Shown piece by piece: positions 9,760-18,829 of a DNA stretch of 37,509 bases. The notes below the pieces were generated by a model. The model was given only the letters and a program-made list of their open reading frames with translations. It was not told the DNA's origin and searched no databases. The DNA is from an uncultured archaeon (GTDB taxonomy: Archaea > Asgardarchaeota > Heimdallarchaeia > Heimdallarchaeales > Heimdallarchaeaceae): the NCBI GenBank assembly GCA_964549075.1, contig CAZJUB010000023.1:1-37509 (forward strand). Direction: 5' to 3'. The translations under genes were made by a program, and so were the position numbers. The number at the start of each line of letters is the position of its first letter. Position 1 is the first letter of the stretch.

Positions 9760-10855
9760 AACATATGATTTAACCAATTTTGGGGAATCTCATAAAAAAG
9801 AAATCAAAGATGTAGCACAGATGTTAAAGAAACGAGGGAGAGATTTGTGGATACAAACATCTGTAGCAGATGAAGTGAGATTTCAACAAACAGGTCCTGA
9901 GGTTACATTTGTTGTAAATCAAAATATTAATTTTTCTCAACACTGCATCGGTTCTTGCCGTTTTTGTTCATATAGTTTAAAACCTAATGAAACAAAAAAC
10001 ATCCCCACCCGTATGTCTTTAGAAGACATACGAATTGAAGTAGAGAAAGCAATAGCTAGGGATTGTTCAGAAATATGTATACAAGGGGGATTGGATCCTA
10101 CACTAAATTATGCCTTTTATATTGACATTTTGAAAACTATCAAATCAGTTTCCCAAAAAATCCACGTTCATGGATTTTCGCCTTCTGAAATTGCGTTTAT
10201 CTCTCAACTATCTGGTGAATCAGTAGAGGATGTATTTAAGGAATTAATTAAAAACGGTTTAGATTCATTTCCTGGAACAGCAGCTGAGATTCTAGTTGAC
10301 AGTGTAAGAAGAAAAATTTGTCCAGAAAAAATCTCAACGAATCAATGGGTTAACATAGTTTTAACAGGACATTCTCTAGGTTTAAGATCAACTGCTACAA
10401 TTATGTATGGACATATTGAAACTTATCTAGAAGAAGCTGAACACTTGGCAATTTTAAAGTATATTCAAGAAATTTCTGGTGGGTTTACTGAATTTATACC
10501 ACTATCTTTTGTTTATCCAAATACCAAACTCTATAGATATATGGGGGCTAGACCTGGTAGTACGGGTATGCATGACTTAGCTTTATTTAGCACTGCTAGA
10601 TTATATTTAGGCGATTCTTTCACTAATATCCAAGCTTCTTGGGTAAAACTTGGACCTAAACTAGCTCAAGTATCTCTAAGCACTGGAGTAAATGATTTAG
10701 GGGGAACTCTATTTACAGAGAATATAACTAAAAGTGCTGGAGGTAAATTTGGGGAGGAAAAGAATGTAGAGGAGTTTATTGAATTAATCAGAGATGCAGG
10801 AAGAATCCCTGTTCGAAGAGATACAATGTACAATAAGCTTCAAGTGTTCCAGTAG
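9728..10855 (+). CDS. cofH: FO synthase subunit CofH (radical SAM)
   Basis: VTFVVNQNINFSQHCIGSCRFC, EICIQGG, HVHGFSPSE, PGTAAEIL, STATIMYGH, NIQASWVKLG, NDLGGTL..ENI; adjacent to cofG. ATG at 9728 preferred over TTG at 9710. Confidence 0.92.
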   Translation: MKKLSTPVIDETYDLTNFGESHKKEIKDVAQMLKKRGRDLWIQTSVADEVRFQQTGPEVTFVVNQNINFSQHCIGSCRFCSYSLKPNETKNIPTRMSLEDIRIEVEKAIARDCSEICIQGGLDPTLNYAFYIDILKTIKSVSQKIHVHGFSPSEIAFISQLSGESVEDVFKELIKNGLDSFPGTAAEILVDSVRRKICPEKISTNQWVNIVLTGHSLGLRSTATIMYGHIETYLEEAEHLAILKYIQEISGGFTEFIPLSFVYPNTKLYRYMGARPGSTGMHDLALFSTARLYLGDSFTNIQASWVKLGPKLAQVSLSTGVNDLGGTLFTENITKSAGGKFGEEKNVEEFIELIRDAGRIPVRRDTMYNKLQVFQ

Positions 10856-10888
10856 CTGATTTTTGTAAGATATTCATGAGATAAAGAA

Positions 10889-11146
10889 CTATCTCATGTC
10901 AAAATCTTCGGAAGTAAAACTCTTTAGAAATGCCATTATCTCCTCTTGCATATCAGCACTTTTTCTGAAACTCATTGCTTGTGTATAAAACATGGCAAAA
11001 AGATCTCCTAAAAGACACTGTGTACACAACTCGGACGATAATTCTTCATTGGGGTATCTACAGGGAAAATTTATCTGTTGAATTTTACCTTCTGGATTTC
11101 TCCCACTTATTCCCTGCTTCCATTTGCAAACTCTTTGTTCGGACAT
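10889..11146 (-). CDS. Small hypothetical protein with four Cys (possible metal binding)
   Basis: Strong SD (AAAGGTGA) just upstream of the ATG; fills the gap between cofH and the helicase; C7, C29 and C41xxC44. Confidence 0.7.
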   Translation of the reverse strand: MSEQRVCKWKQGISGRNPEGKIQQINFPCRYPNEELSSELCTQCLLGDLFAMFYTQAMSFRKSADMQEEIMAFLKSFTSEDFDMR

Positions 11147-11279
11147 CTAAGTCACCTTTTAATCGAAGCAAAAAAATAACATCTTTTAAACATATTCATT
11201 CATTATCTATTACAAGAAGTTCAATTCTTAACTTCAGCTTTATTAATGTTAATCGCATAAAGGTCTATGAAGTGTTCTA

Positions 11280-13826
11280 ATGAAGTGTCCAGATTGTGGG
11301 AAAGATTTGTCTATTGAGAGTAAATTGGATATCTTCATTTTCCGTTGTAGTTTTTGTGGTTTGAAAGAACAAACTCTCGCATCAAATGATAAAGAAGCAT
11401 ACAAAAAACTTGTTGAAACAAAAAAAGCTAAAAGAGATTCCAGAATAAAAAAGATTCAAGAGAATGAAGAATATCCACTCCCATTCCCAAGAAAGACAAA
11501 GGAGGAAAAACAGCTACTCATAACCAAAGGCGGTTACGATCCCGCAAAATTGCCTTCAGCAATTAAAAGTATAATCAATAATCCAGATATTGAATTAATT
11601 TATTTCAGATTTCTAAAACAAAAAACTCCTGAAAAAGCTTCCAAAGAAGTTGATTTACCAGAGAAACTAACTGAGTTTCTTACTCAAAACAAATTTAAGT
11701 CATTATATGAATTTCAACGACAATCTTTCGAAACAATTATGGAAGAGAAAGATACTATCATTGTTGCACCTACTGGAACGGGAAAAACTGAAGCATTTCT
11801 TTTACCTGTCTTAACTAAAATTTGGAATATTTCCCCTCATCCTTTACTAAGAAGAGGAATATCTGCAATAATAATCTACCCCACTAAAGCTTTAGCTAGA
11901 GATCAAGAGAAAAAAATTCGAAAATATGGTTCATCTCTAAGTGTGACTTGTGAGGTTTTTGATGGTGATACACCAAAGACTCTTAGGGAAAAGATAATGG
12001 AATCCCCACCAGATATTTTAATCACTAATCCTGATATGTTACATTATCACTTGAGAAATCCTCAATTTACATCTCTGTTAAGTGATTTGAAATTTGTAAT
12101 TATAGATGAGATTCATATTGCTACTGGTGCTTTTGGATCTAACCTGTATTTCATACTTAAGAGACTTCAAAGGTTTACTAAAAATAGAGTACAGTTGATT
12201 GGTTCTTCAGCTACTATTGGAAACGCGAAAGAGTTTACACATCAGCTTTTTGATAGAGATATAACACAAATCAGCATAACAGATGCAAGAAAAGCTCCAA
12301 CTCATCTTCTTATAACCATTCCTTGGAATGTAAGTCAATATACTATCACTTCTGAAATCACTAGGCAGTTAGTAAATTCTGGTCATAAAACTCTCTGTTT
12401 TCAGAATAGCCATAAAAATGCTGAGATTATAAACTTGCTTTTGAGATCAGCAAGAATTAAGTCTTCAGTTCATAGGGCTGGTTTAACGCAAACCTATAGA
12501 AATAAGATTGAGCACCAGTTTAGAAATGGAGAACTTGATGCACTTGTTTCAACTCCTACATTAGAATTAGGGATAGACATTGGTGATGTAGATGGTGTTG
12601 TATCTTCTTTAGTTGATATAACTAGTTTTACGCAAAGATTAGGTAGAGCAGGTAGAAAAGGACAGGAATCTGTGGGAGCTTTAGTTTTAAGAAATGACGA
12701 TCCTATTAGTACATATTATTCTGTTTATCCAGATACATATTTCGAGGATATAAGAAGAGGATATGTTGAACCACGTAACGAAATAGTGTCTTATTACCAG
12801 CTTTTAGCAGCTGTGTTAGAGAAAAATATTACAAAAAATGAATTCATTGTTCATAGCGATATGTTAGAAAAACTTGAGAAGGAAAAACTCATACGAAAAA
12901 CTGATTCTGGTGATTATAGAGCTCATTCGAGAGCTGAGATTAACCGTCTCTTAAGAAGCTATTCAATTAGAGGAATTGGTGATAATTTGGTACTTAAAGA
13001 TGGTAAAGGTGAAAAAATGGGTGAAAGATCTATGCCAATGGCAGCTAGAGAGATTCATCCTGGAGCCATTTATCTACATGGAGGTAAATATTACAAGGTG
13101 TCCTCTTTCAAGTATAATTCCAAGTTCGGTGGTGGTGAGATAATACTTGAACCAATCCCTCCAGTAAATCATAAAACAACAGCTAACAGATTTGCCATAC
13201 CTTCTATTCTTAAAATTAATGAAAGTAAAGAGGTGATGGGTTCTGAAGTTATTTATTGCGATTTACAAATAACAGAGCATGTAACAGGTTACAAAGTTTC
13301 TGATATTTTTACAAATAAGCTACTACAAACTAAAGATTTTGACGAACCAATCATTTATACCTTCAACACTAAAGGTTTTATGTTTACAATGCCAAAACCA
13401 ATGAGAATGCTCAATAAAGACCAGCAATTATCAGAAGACCTTATTCTAAATGGAACTTTTCATGCAGTGGAACATGTCGTAATAGAGTCAAGTTCTATGC
13501 TTACAGGAGGAGGGAGTTCGGAAATTGGGGGTATATCTATGGGAAAATCAGGAGCGATATTTGTCTATGATGGAGCACAAGGGGGAAGTGGATTATCAAA
13601 GCTATTATATGATAGATTAGAAGAAGCTTTTCAAAGATCATTAGAAATTTTGAAAAATTGTATATGTTCAACAACCGATGGTTGTCCAAGGTGTACTTAC
13701 TCTTATCAATGTGGTAACAATAATCAACCTTTGAATAAAATAGGAGCCATAGAGTCTTTAGAAGAATTAGGAAAACTGAAAATAGGGATTATTGAGAACT
13801 ATAACGATTATGAATCTTATGTGTAA
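11280..13826 (+). CDS. SF2 DEAH helicase with C-terminal DUF1998/MZB Zn domain (Hrq1/MrfA/SftH family) and an N-terminal Zn ribbon
   Basis: APTGTGKT, YPTKALARDQ, TNPDML, DEIH, SAT, TPTLELGIDIG, QRLGRAGR; C-terminal CIC...GCPRC...CGNNNQPLNK; N-terminal CPDC...CSFC. Confidence 0.92.
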   Translation: MKCPDCGKDLSIESKLDIFIFRCSFCGLKEQTLASNDKEAYKKLVETKKAKRDSRIKKIQENEEYPLPFPRKTKEEKQLLITKGGYDPAKLPSAIKSIINNPDIELIYFRFLKQKTPEKASKEVDLPEKLTEFLTQNKFKSLYEFQRQSFETIMEEKDTIIVAPTGTGKTEAFLLPVLTKIWNISPHPLLRRGISAIIIYPTKALARDQEKKIRKYGSSLSVTCEVFDGDTPKTLREKIMESPPDILITNPDMLHYHLRNPQFTSLLSDLKFVIIDEIHIATGAFGSNLYFILKRLQRFTKNRVQLIGSSATIGNAKEFTHQLFDRDITQISITDARKAPTHLLITIPWNVSQYTITSEITRQLVNSGHKTLCFQNSHKNAEIINLLLRSARIKSSVHRAGLTQTYRNKIEHQFRNGELDALVSTPTLELGIDIGDVDGVVSSLVDITSFTQRLGRAGRKGQESVGALVLRNDDPISTYYSVYPDTYFEDIRRGYVEPRNEIVSYYQLLAAVLEKNITKNEFIVHSDMLEKLEKEKLIRKTDSGDYRAHSRAEINRLLRSYSIRGIGDNLVLKDGKGEKMGERSMPMAAREIHPGAIYLHGGKYYKVSSFKYNSKFGGGEIILEPIPPVNHKTTANRFAIPSILKINESKEVMGSEVIYCDLQITEHVTGYKVSDIFTNKLLQTKDFDEPIIYTFNTKGFMFTMPKPMRMLNKDQQLSEDLILNGTFHAVEHVVIESSSMLTGGGSSEIGGISMGKSGAIFVYDGAQGGSGLSKLLYDRLEEAFQRSLEILKNCICSTTDGCPRCTYSYQCGNNNQPLNKIGAIESLEELGKLKIGIIENYNDYESYV

Positions 13827-13909
13827 ATTCTGAATGAAATTTTGTTCAGTTAAATCTGGTGTAATACCACAGATATGTTTACAATCATATCTCTGTCTCA
13901 TGTGCTTTT

Positions 13910-14350
13910 ATGTTGTATTTAAGTTGTTTTTATTCAATGATAACATTAGATTATGATGCAGAAGAGTTTGTCGATATAGCTCTCAATTGCATTTTCCCTT
14001 CAAGTGAAGAAATAGAACCTGAAATTTTGAAGGAAATAACTGCATTTCTAGAAGAAAGTGAAACCCATGTTTCACCTGAAGATGCAGAAATTGTAAGAGG
14101 TGAAGTAAGAAAAGCTTTGATACATTTTAAAAATCGACCTTACCTTTATAATACACGTAAAAAAATGGAAAAACTTCTAAAATCTAATGACAACTGGAGG
14201 AGGTTCATTGCTTCGCCAAGTTCTTTTGTTAATGAGTTCAGAGCTGCAGGACTTAACAATGAAGAAATAGCACTGTTAAGAGCATCTCTGAAAGCAGCAA
14301 AATCTTCCTATTATACTATGAAAAATATACCTCTTCCTAGAACAGAATAA
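13910..14350 (+). CDS. Hypothetical helical protein
   Basis: 146-aa ORF with coding-like composition; the true start may be the ATG at 13937. Confidence 0.65.
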   Translation: MLYLSCFYSMITLDYDAEEFVDIALNCIFPSSEEIEPEILKEITAFLEESETHVSPEDAEIVRGEVRKALIHFKNRPYLYNTRKKMEKLLKSNDNWRRFIASPSSFVNEFRAAGLNNEEIALLRASLKAAKSSYYTMKNIPLPRTE

Positions 14351-14463
14351 ATTTAGGAAATTCACAATCAAGTTTTAATAGTCTAAAAAAATACTTATTT
14401 TAATCTAACATTGAATAGTGTTAAGATTCAAAAATTAAAACAGAGGATACTTGGTGGGTAATA

Positions 14464-15375
14464 GTGCAAAAAGAGGATTTATTTGACATTCTAGAAGATC
14501 ATCTCTTTAGTAATTCGTATCTTGATGAAAAGAAATTAAGTGAAAAGATTCAAATAAGTCAGAAAGAAATCAAAGAATTTTTCTCAAGTAAGTCTGAACA
14601 AATGGGTTTTATAAAAGATGGTAATTCTATCTTTTTTGCCCATGAAATCATTCGCGAGCACTTTAATGAAATTAAAGATTCGTTTTGGTTATGGTTCTTA
14701 AAATGTGTACCCAGTTACAGCGATCTTGCTTGGGAGGAAGGTTCAGCAATAGCAGACACTTCCAAGATAAAAGTGATTTCTTCGAAACCATCAACAAAAA
14801 GCATGATACAAACATTTACAGCAAGAATACTTCTTTTAGGAGAAGAGAGAACTGGAAAACAATCATATGTTTATTCCTTATCTGGTGAGACTCTAAATAG
14901 ACCTGCTCCAGGAGTTTTCTCTGGAAAAATCTCAAGATCATTAAATGAATTTATTACAGATTTTGAATGTATAATTCTAGACCTCCCTCGAGGTTCTCCT
15001 CTATGGATATATGCAAAAGCTTCATTTGGTGTCATCCTCACCTATGACCTCTCTGATACTCAAACTTATGATAAGTTAATGTATTGGTTGACTCTATTCT
15101 CTGATTCTTATTCTTATGAGTTATGTCCACCAATAATGCTCCTTGGGACAAAAATGGATCTAATTTCAAGAGAAGAGCTTCTAGCTTTTAAGAACAAAGC
15201 TGAAATAGTAAGAGAACAAATAGAACAAGAATACGGTACTATAGTATTGAGTGAGATGGTGTCGTTAACCGATGGTAGTAATGTTTTAAGCTCCTTTGAG
15301 AATTTTGCTAGAACAATTCGTCAGTGGTATCAAATAATAAAAGAAGAATATCAAGATGAGAACCCAATGATCTAA
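14464..15375 (+). CDS. Divergent Ras/Rab-superfamily small GTPase domain with a ~120-aa N-terminal extension
   Basis: ILLLGEERTGKQS (G1-like), ILDLPRG (degenerate G3), GVILTYDLSD, PIMLLGTKMDL (G4), VSLTDGSNV (G5 region). Confidence 0.75.
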   Translation: MQKEDLFDILEDHLFSNSYLDEKKLSEKIQISQKEIKEFFSSKSEQMGFIKDGNSIFFAHEIIREHFNEIKDSFWLWFLKCVPSYSDLAWEEGSAIADTSKIKVISSKPSTKSMIQTFTARILLLGEERTGKQSYVYSLSGETLNRPAPGVFSGKISRSLNEFITDFECIILDLPRGSPLWIYAKASFGVILTYDLSDTQTYDKLMYWLTLFSDSYSYELCPPIMLLGTKMDLISREELLAFKNKAEIVREQIEQEYGTIVLSEMVSLTDGSNVLSSFENFARTIRQWYQIIKEEYQDENPMI

Positions 15376-15450
15376 AAATAATTGCAACTTTGTTCGAAAC
15401 TGTTAAATGTCTCTTAATTATTAACGTCTTAGAATTGGCGCATATTAATC

Positions 15451-17169
15451 GTGGTGACAATGGAGAATTTGAAAACTCTACAGCTTCGTATTATGGATAA
15501 AGTGACGGAGAATAGTGGTAGGAAGCTCAGAGTCTTGTATGGTGTAATTATAGCAATTCTTCTATTTATCATTTCAATAGCAATAAAAGGTTGTGTGTCA
15601 TTTTGGTATTGGAAAAAGCATGGACTAGGTTTCTATTGGACAAATCCTACCGGCTTTTTTGGGAAAGTATATACGGGTGAAGTTTGGTATCTAGAAGCTT
15701 ATGTGGACTCATCCTACTACTATGAACCCTACTTACAAGCGTTTAGATATGAGAACTGGAATCCATATGCAGGAGGATTAGGTCCTCTAAATGGTTACGC
15801 TTATGGACCTATGTTTATTTTCGGAATTTATTTCATTTCACTCATAATTAGTCTACTTTACCCTAATATGTCGATAGCTGATCTTGTACCATTTTCAGTA
15901 AAATGGACACATATAGTGTTTGACTCTCTCTCTGTAGTAATGGTCTATTTAATTGTTATATTTCTAAAAAACTTCAAGAGAAATGAGATTAAACGGCATT
16001 ACTTTGGAGCTTTAGCTGCGTTGATTTTCGCATGTATGCCTATCAACCTGATTTATGTTGATAGCCTCTATCTTAATACTCCTCAGATGACTTCTTTCGC
16101 CCTTCTTAGTTTACTTCTTTTTATGAAAGATAAATATAGAGTTGGAGCATTTGTTCTATCTGTAGCTTGGCTTAGTAAACAAATGCCTTTATTTTTTGTA
16201 ATTCCATGGTTCTTTATTGTATGGAAGAAAAAAAATCTAAAATCAGCTTTTATGGATTTTCTCCTACCTTTTCTATTTACAACTATAATTATGTCGTTAC
16301 CTTGGTTGATATTATCACCTTACGGTTATGTGAGAAGAGTATTTGGACCTGGAAGACCTTTGGGAGGTTTTGATGTTGCAACTGCTTTAAGTCCAGCAAA
16401 CAACGGTAAAACGGTGACATTAGCTCACAGTTTTTTGGAGTTAGGTGCTGAAAAGTTTGCAATATTTTATCATACCATAAATTCCTATATGGTGCCATTC
16501 GTGATTTTTTATTTACTAGCTGTAATGTTAGCTTATTTTAATGGGAAGGAAATAGGAAATAATGAATCTTATCTGGTAATCATTACAACATGGATTGCTA
16601 TCGGTACTCACCTATTCATCTCCAGAGGTGTTTATAAATACTATAACGCATTTCTCACTCCCTTCATCATACTTGGTGTTTTAGTTTTCTTTGATGACAT
16701 TGCTCAAAATGTTGTTTCAGCAATACCGAAGATGTATAAATATGAACAACAAATTCGAGGATACTTTGAAACAAAAGTTTTGAAAAAAGCTGAACTAAAA
16801 GAACTAAAAGAATTAAAATTGGAAATTAGAACAAAACAAGTAATATCTTACACATTTCTAACGAGTATGTTCTTAGGTTCATCTGCTTTATTTTACTATT
16901 TCAACCATGTTATTATAGCAGATTCAAGATTTTTGCACCCATTATATTTACTTATTTTGTTGATAGTGGTAAGTCTCTTTATACATCCTTCAATGTATGC
17001 TAGTCTGTTTAAAGCAAAATCATACAAGATGATTTGGGTTGATCTTGTTTATATTTACAAAGAATGTGTAAGAGGAATTATTTCCTTTGCAAAGTACTGT
17101 GTGAGCTTATACTTAAAGATTCAAGCGATCATAAAGAATTTTATCAGAAATTTCCAGAAAAGGAGTTAA
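15451..17169 (+). CDS. Polytopic membrane protein, probable GT-C fold glycosyltransferase (GT87/DUF2029-like)
   Basis: About 11-13 TM segments; first loop contains D...Y...NPY...YAYGP; later SKQMP; start may be the ATG at 15460. Confidence 0.6.
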   Translation: MVTMENLKTLQLRIMDKVTENSGRKLRVLYGVIIAILLFIISIAIKGCVSFWYWKKHGLGFYWTNPTGFFGKVYTGEVWYLEAYVDSSYYYEPYLQAFRYENWNPYAGGLGPLNGYAYGPMFIFGIYFISLIISLLYPNMSIADLVPFSVKWTHIVFDSLSVVMVYLIVIFLKNFKRNEIKRHYFGALAALIFACMPINLIYVDSLYLNTPQMTSFALLSLLLFMKDKYRVGAFVLSVAWLSKQMPLFFVIPWFFIVWKKKNLKSAFMDFLLPFLFTTIIMSLPWLILSPYGYVRRVFGPGRPLGGFDVATALSPANNGKTVTLAHSFLELGAEKFAIFYHTINSYMVPFVIFYLLAVMLAYFNGKEIGNNESYLVIITTWIAIGTHLFISRGVYKYYNAFLTPFIILGVLVFFDDIAQNVVSAIPKMYKYEQQIRGYFETKVLKKAELKELKELKLEIRTKQVISYTFLTSMFLGSSALFYYFNHVIIADSRFLHPLYLLILLIVVSLFIHPSMYASLFKAKSYKMIWVDLVYIYKECVRGIISFAKYCVSLYLKIQAIIKNFIRNFQKRS

Positions 17170-17264
17170 ACTAAGCTTTTTTTTGTATTTACCTTTGCCC
17201 GTATACTCAAAAGTTAAATATTAAAATACAGAATATATTTTAGTTAAACAAATGAGGATAACCA

Positions 17265-17834
17265 ATGTTCAAGAATCTTCGCAAGTCTAAGAGAGGAGTT
17301 TCAGAAGTTTTAGCCACAGTCATTATAATCTCTCTCGTACTTGCAGCTGCAGCTCTAGTAAGTGCTGTTCTGACAAATGTGCATGTAGTAGATTTGTTTG
17401 GTTATTCTGTCGTTCCTCATCCCAAGAATGTAAAGTTATCAATGGCTGTTGTAACTATAAACGATACTGATCTCGATTCAAGAATAGACACAGTAGTTGT
17501 ACAACTATCTCTTGATGTGGACTCACCAAGTATTTATGTCCAGGAAGTAGATGTACAGCTGCCTACTGGGAAAACGATGGATGATATCGCTCCATGGTCA
17601 ATAGTTACTACTTCTCAATCTTGGAATCGTGAATTTAATGGTTTTACTATCTTAAATGGGCACATAAACGCGACGTTCACAATTCAGATTAATGATTTTA
17701 GCAAGAATAACGCTGAATTAATTTCAGGAAGTTCTTTTTACTTAGTCTTCTACTATACTTACCTCTCTGATTTAGGGGGAAAAGTTCTTACTATTTCAGA
17801 CAGTTTTGAGAGTCCGCTATTAATTGCTTCATAA
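17265..17834 (+). CDS. Archaeal type IV pilin/archaellin-like protein with a class III signal peptide
   Basis: RKSKRG|VSEVLATVIIISLVLAAAALV matches the PibD/FlaK-cleaved prepilin pattern; beta-rich C-terminal domain. Confidence 0.85.
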   Translation: MFKNLRKSKRGVSEVLATVIIISLVLAAAALVSAVLTNVHVVDLFGYSVVPHPKNVKLSMAVVTINDTDLDSRIDTVVVQLSLDVDSPSIYVQEVDVQLPTGKTMDDIAPWSIVTTSQSWNREFNGFTILNGHINATFTIQINDFSKNNAELISGSSFYLVFYYTYLSDLGGKVLTISDSFESPLLIAS

Positions 17835-17900
17835 TGCTATCCAATTTTGCTGACTACAAAAGAATTAAAATAATGTACGAAAACTAACATAATAGATAGT

Positions 17901-18632
17901 ATGTCACTCGAACCAAAAAGAGCTTACAAAATTGTTCTTATAGGCGATCCTGAGGTAGGAAAAACATCTATTAGAAGGAAATACATGGGAAAGTCGTTTA
18001 GAGCAGACTATTTGAAAACTTTAGGAGCAGATTTTGCTGCGCAAAAAGTCAACGTGGAAGGAGAATCAGTACTTTTAACAATCTGGGATTTAGCTGGCCA
18101 ATCAATATTTCATGGTATGCGATCATCATTTTATCATGGATGTAAATGTGCACTTGTTGTTTTTGATGTTACCAATCCTCAAACTTTAGAAAATAGCTAT
18201 AAATGGGCTGAGGAAGCAGCAAATTATGCTAAAGGTTCATTGAAGGAAATTTATCTTATTGGTAATAAGATTGATCTAGTAGACGATCGTTTGGTTTATC
18301 ATGATGATATCCAATTGACAGCAGAGAAGTTTAGGCAAGCTTTCAAGTTTCCTGTGGAGATTTATGAAACCTCAGCGTTAACTGGAGAAAATATCATAGA
18401 ACTTTTCGAGCATATGAGTAGAAGGTTAATAATTGGGGATGAGACCAGAGAAGAACAACAAGAAGTACAAATTGAAAGTCAACAAATTGAACAAGAAGCC
18501 CAAATTCAAGATAGAACTAAAGACGATAGTAATGTTGCCATTCTCAATATGCTTGAGTCTTTAGAAAAACGAATAAATAGTATCAATGATGATTTGGACG
18601 TAATTAAAAAATATATTAAGAAGGAAGAGTAA
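17901..18632 (+). CDS. Rab-like small GTPase with a C-terminal coiled-coil extension
   Basis: Intact G1 GDPEVGKTS, G2 KTLGADF, G3 WDLAGQ, G4 GNKID, G5 ETSAL; RabF-like motifs. Confidence 0.92.
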   Translation: MSLEPKRAYKIVLIGDPEVGKTSIRRKYMGKSFRADYLKTLGADFAAQKVNVEGESVLLTIWDLAGQSIFHGMRSSFYHGCKCALVVFDVTNPQTLENSYKWAEEAANYAKGSLKEIYLIGNKIDLVDDRLVYHDDIQLTAEKFRQAFKFPVEIYETSALTGENIIELFEHMSRRLIIGDETREEQQEVQIESQQIEQEAQIQDRTKDDSNVAILNMLESLEKRINSINDDLDVIKKYIKKEE

Positions 18633-18829
18633 GGTAAAGAGAACGGATAAAAACAAGCTACCCACACTACTTTTAACACATTACTTTTAATTTTATAATT
18701 AAAAACATTTCACAAAATAAAGCTAGAGTTAATATTTCTTATAATATGCGATTTGTTGCATAATATTTTTATATTACATTATCATTGAAAGAATTGCTTA
18801 CAGTAATGTAGGCAAAGGTGAAATAAAAG

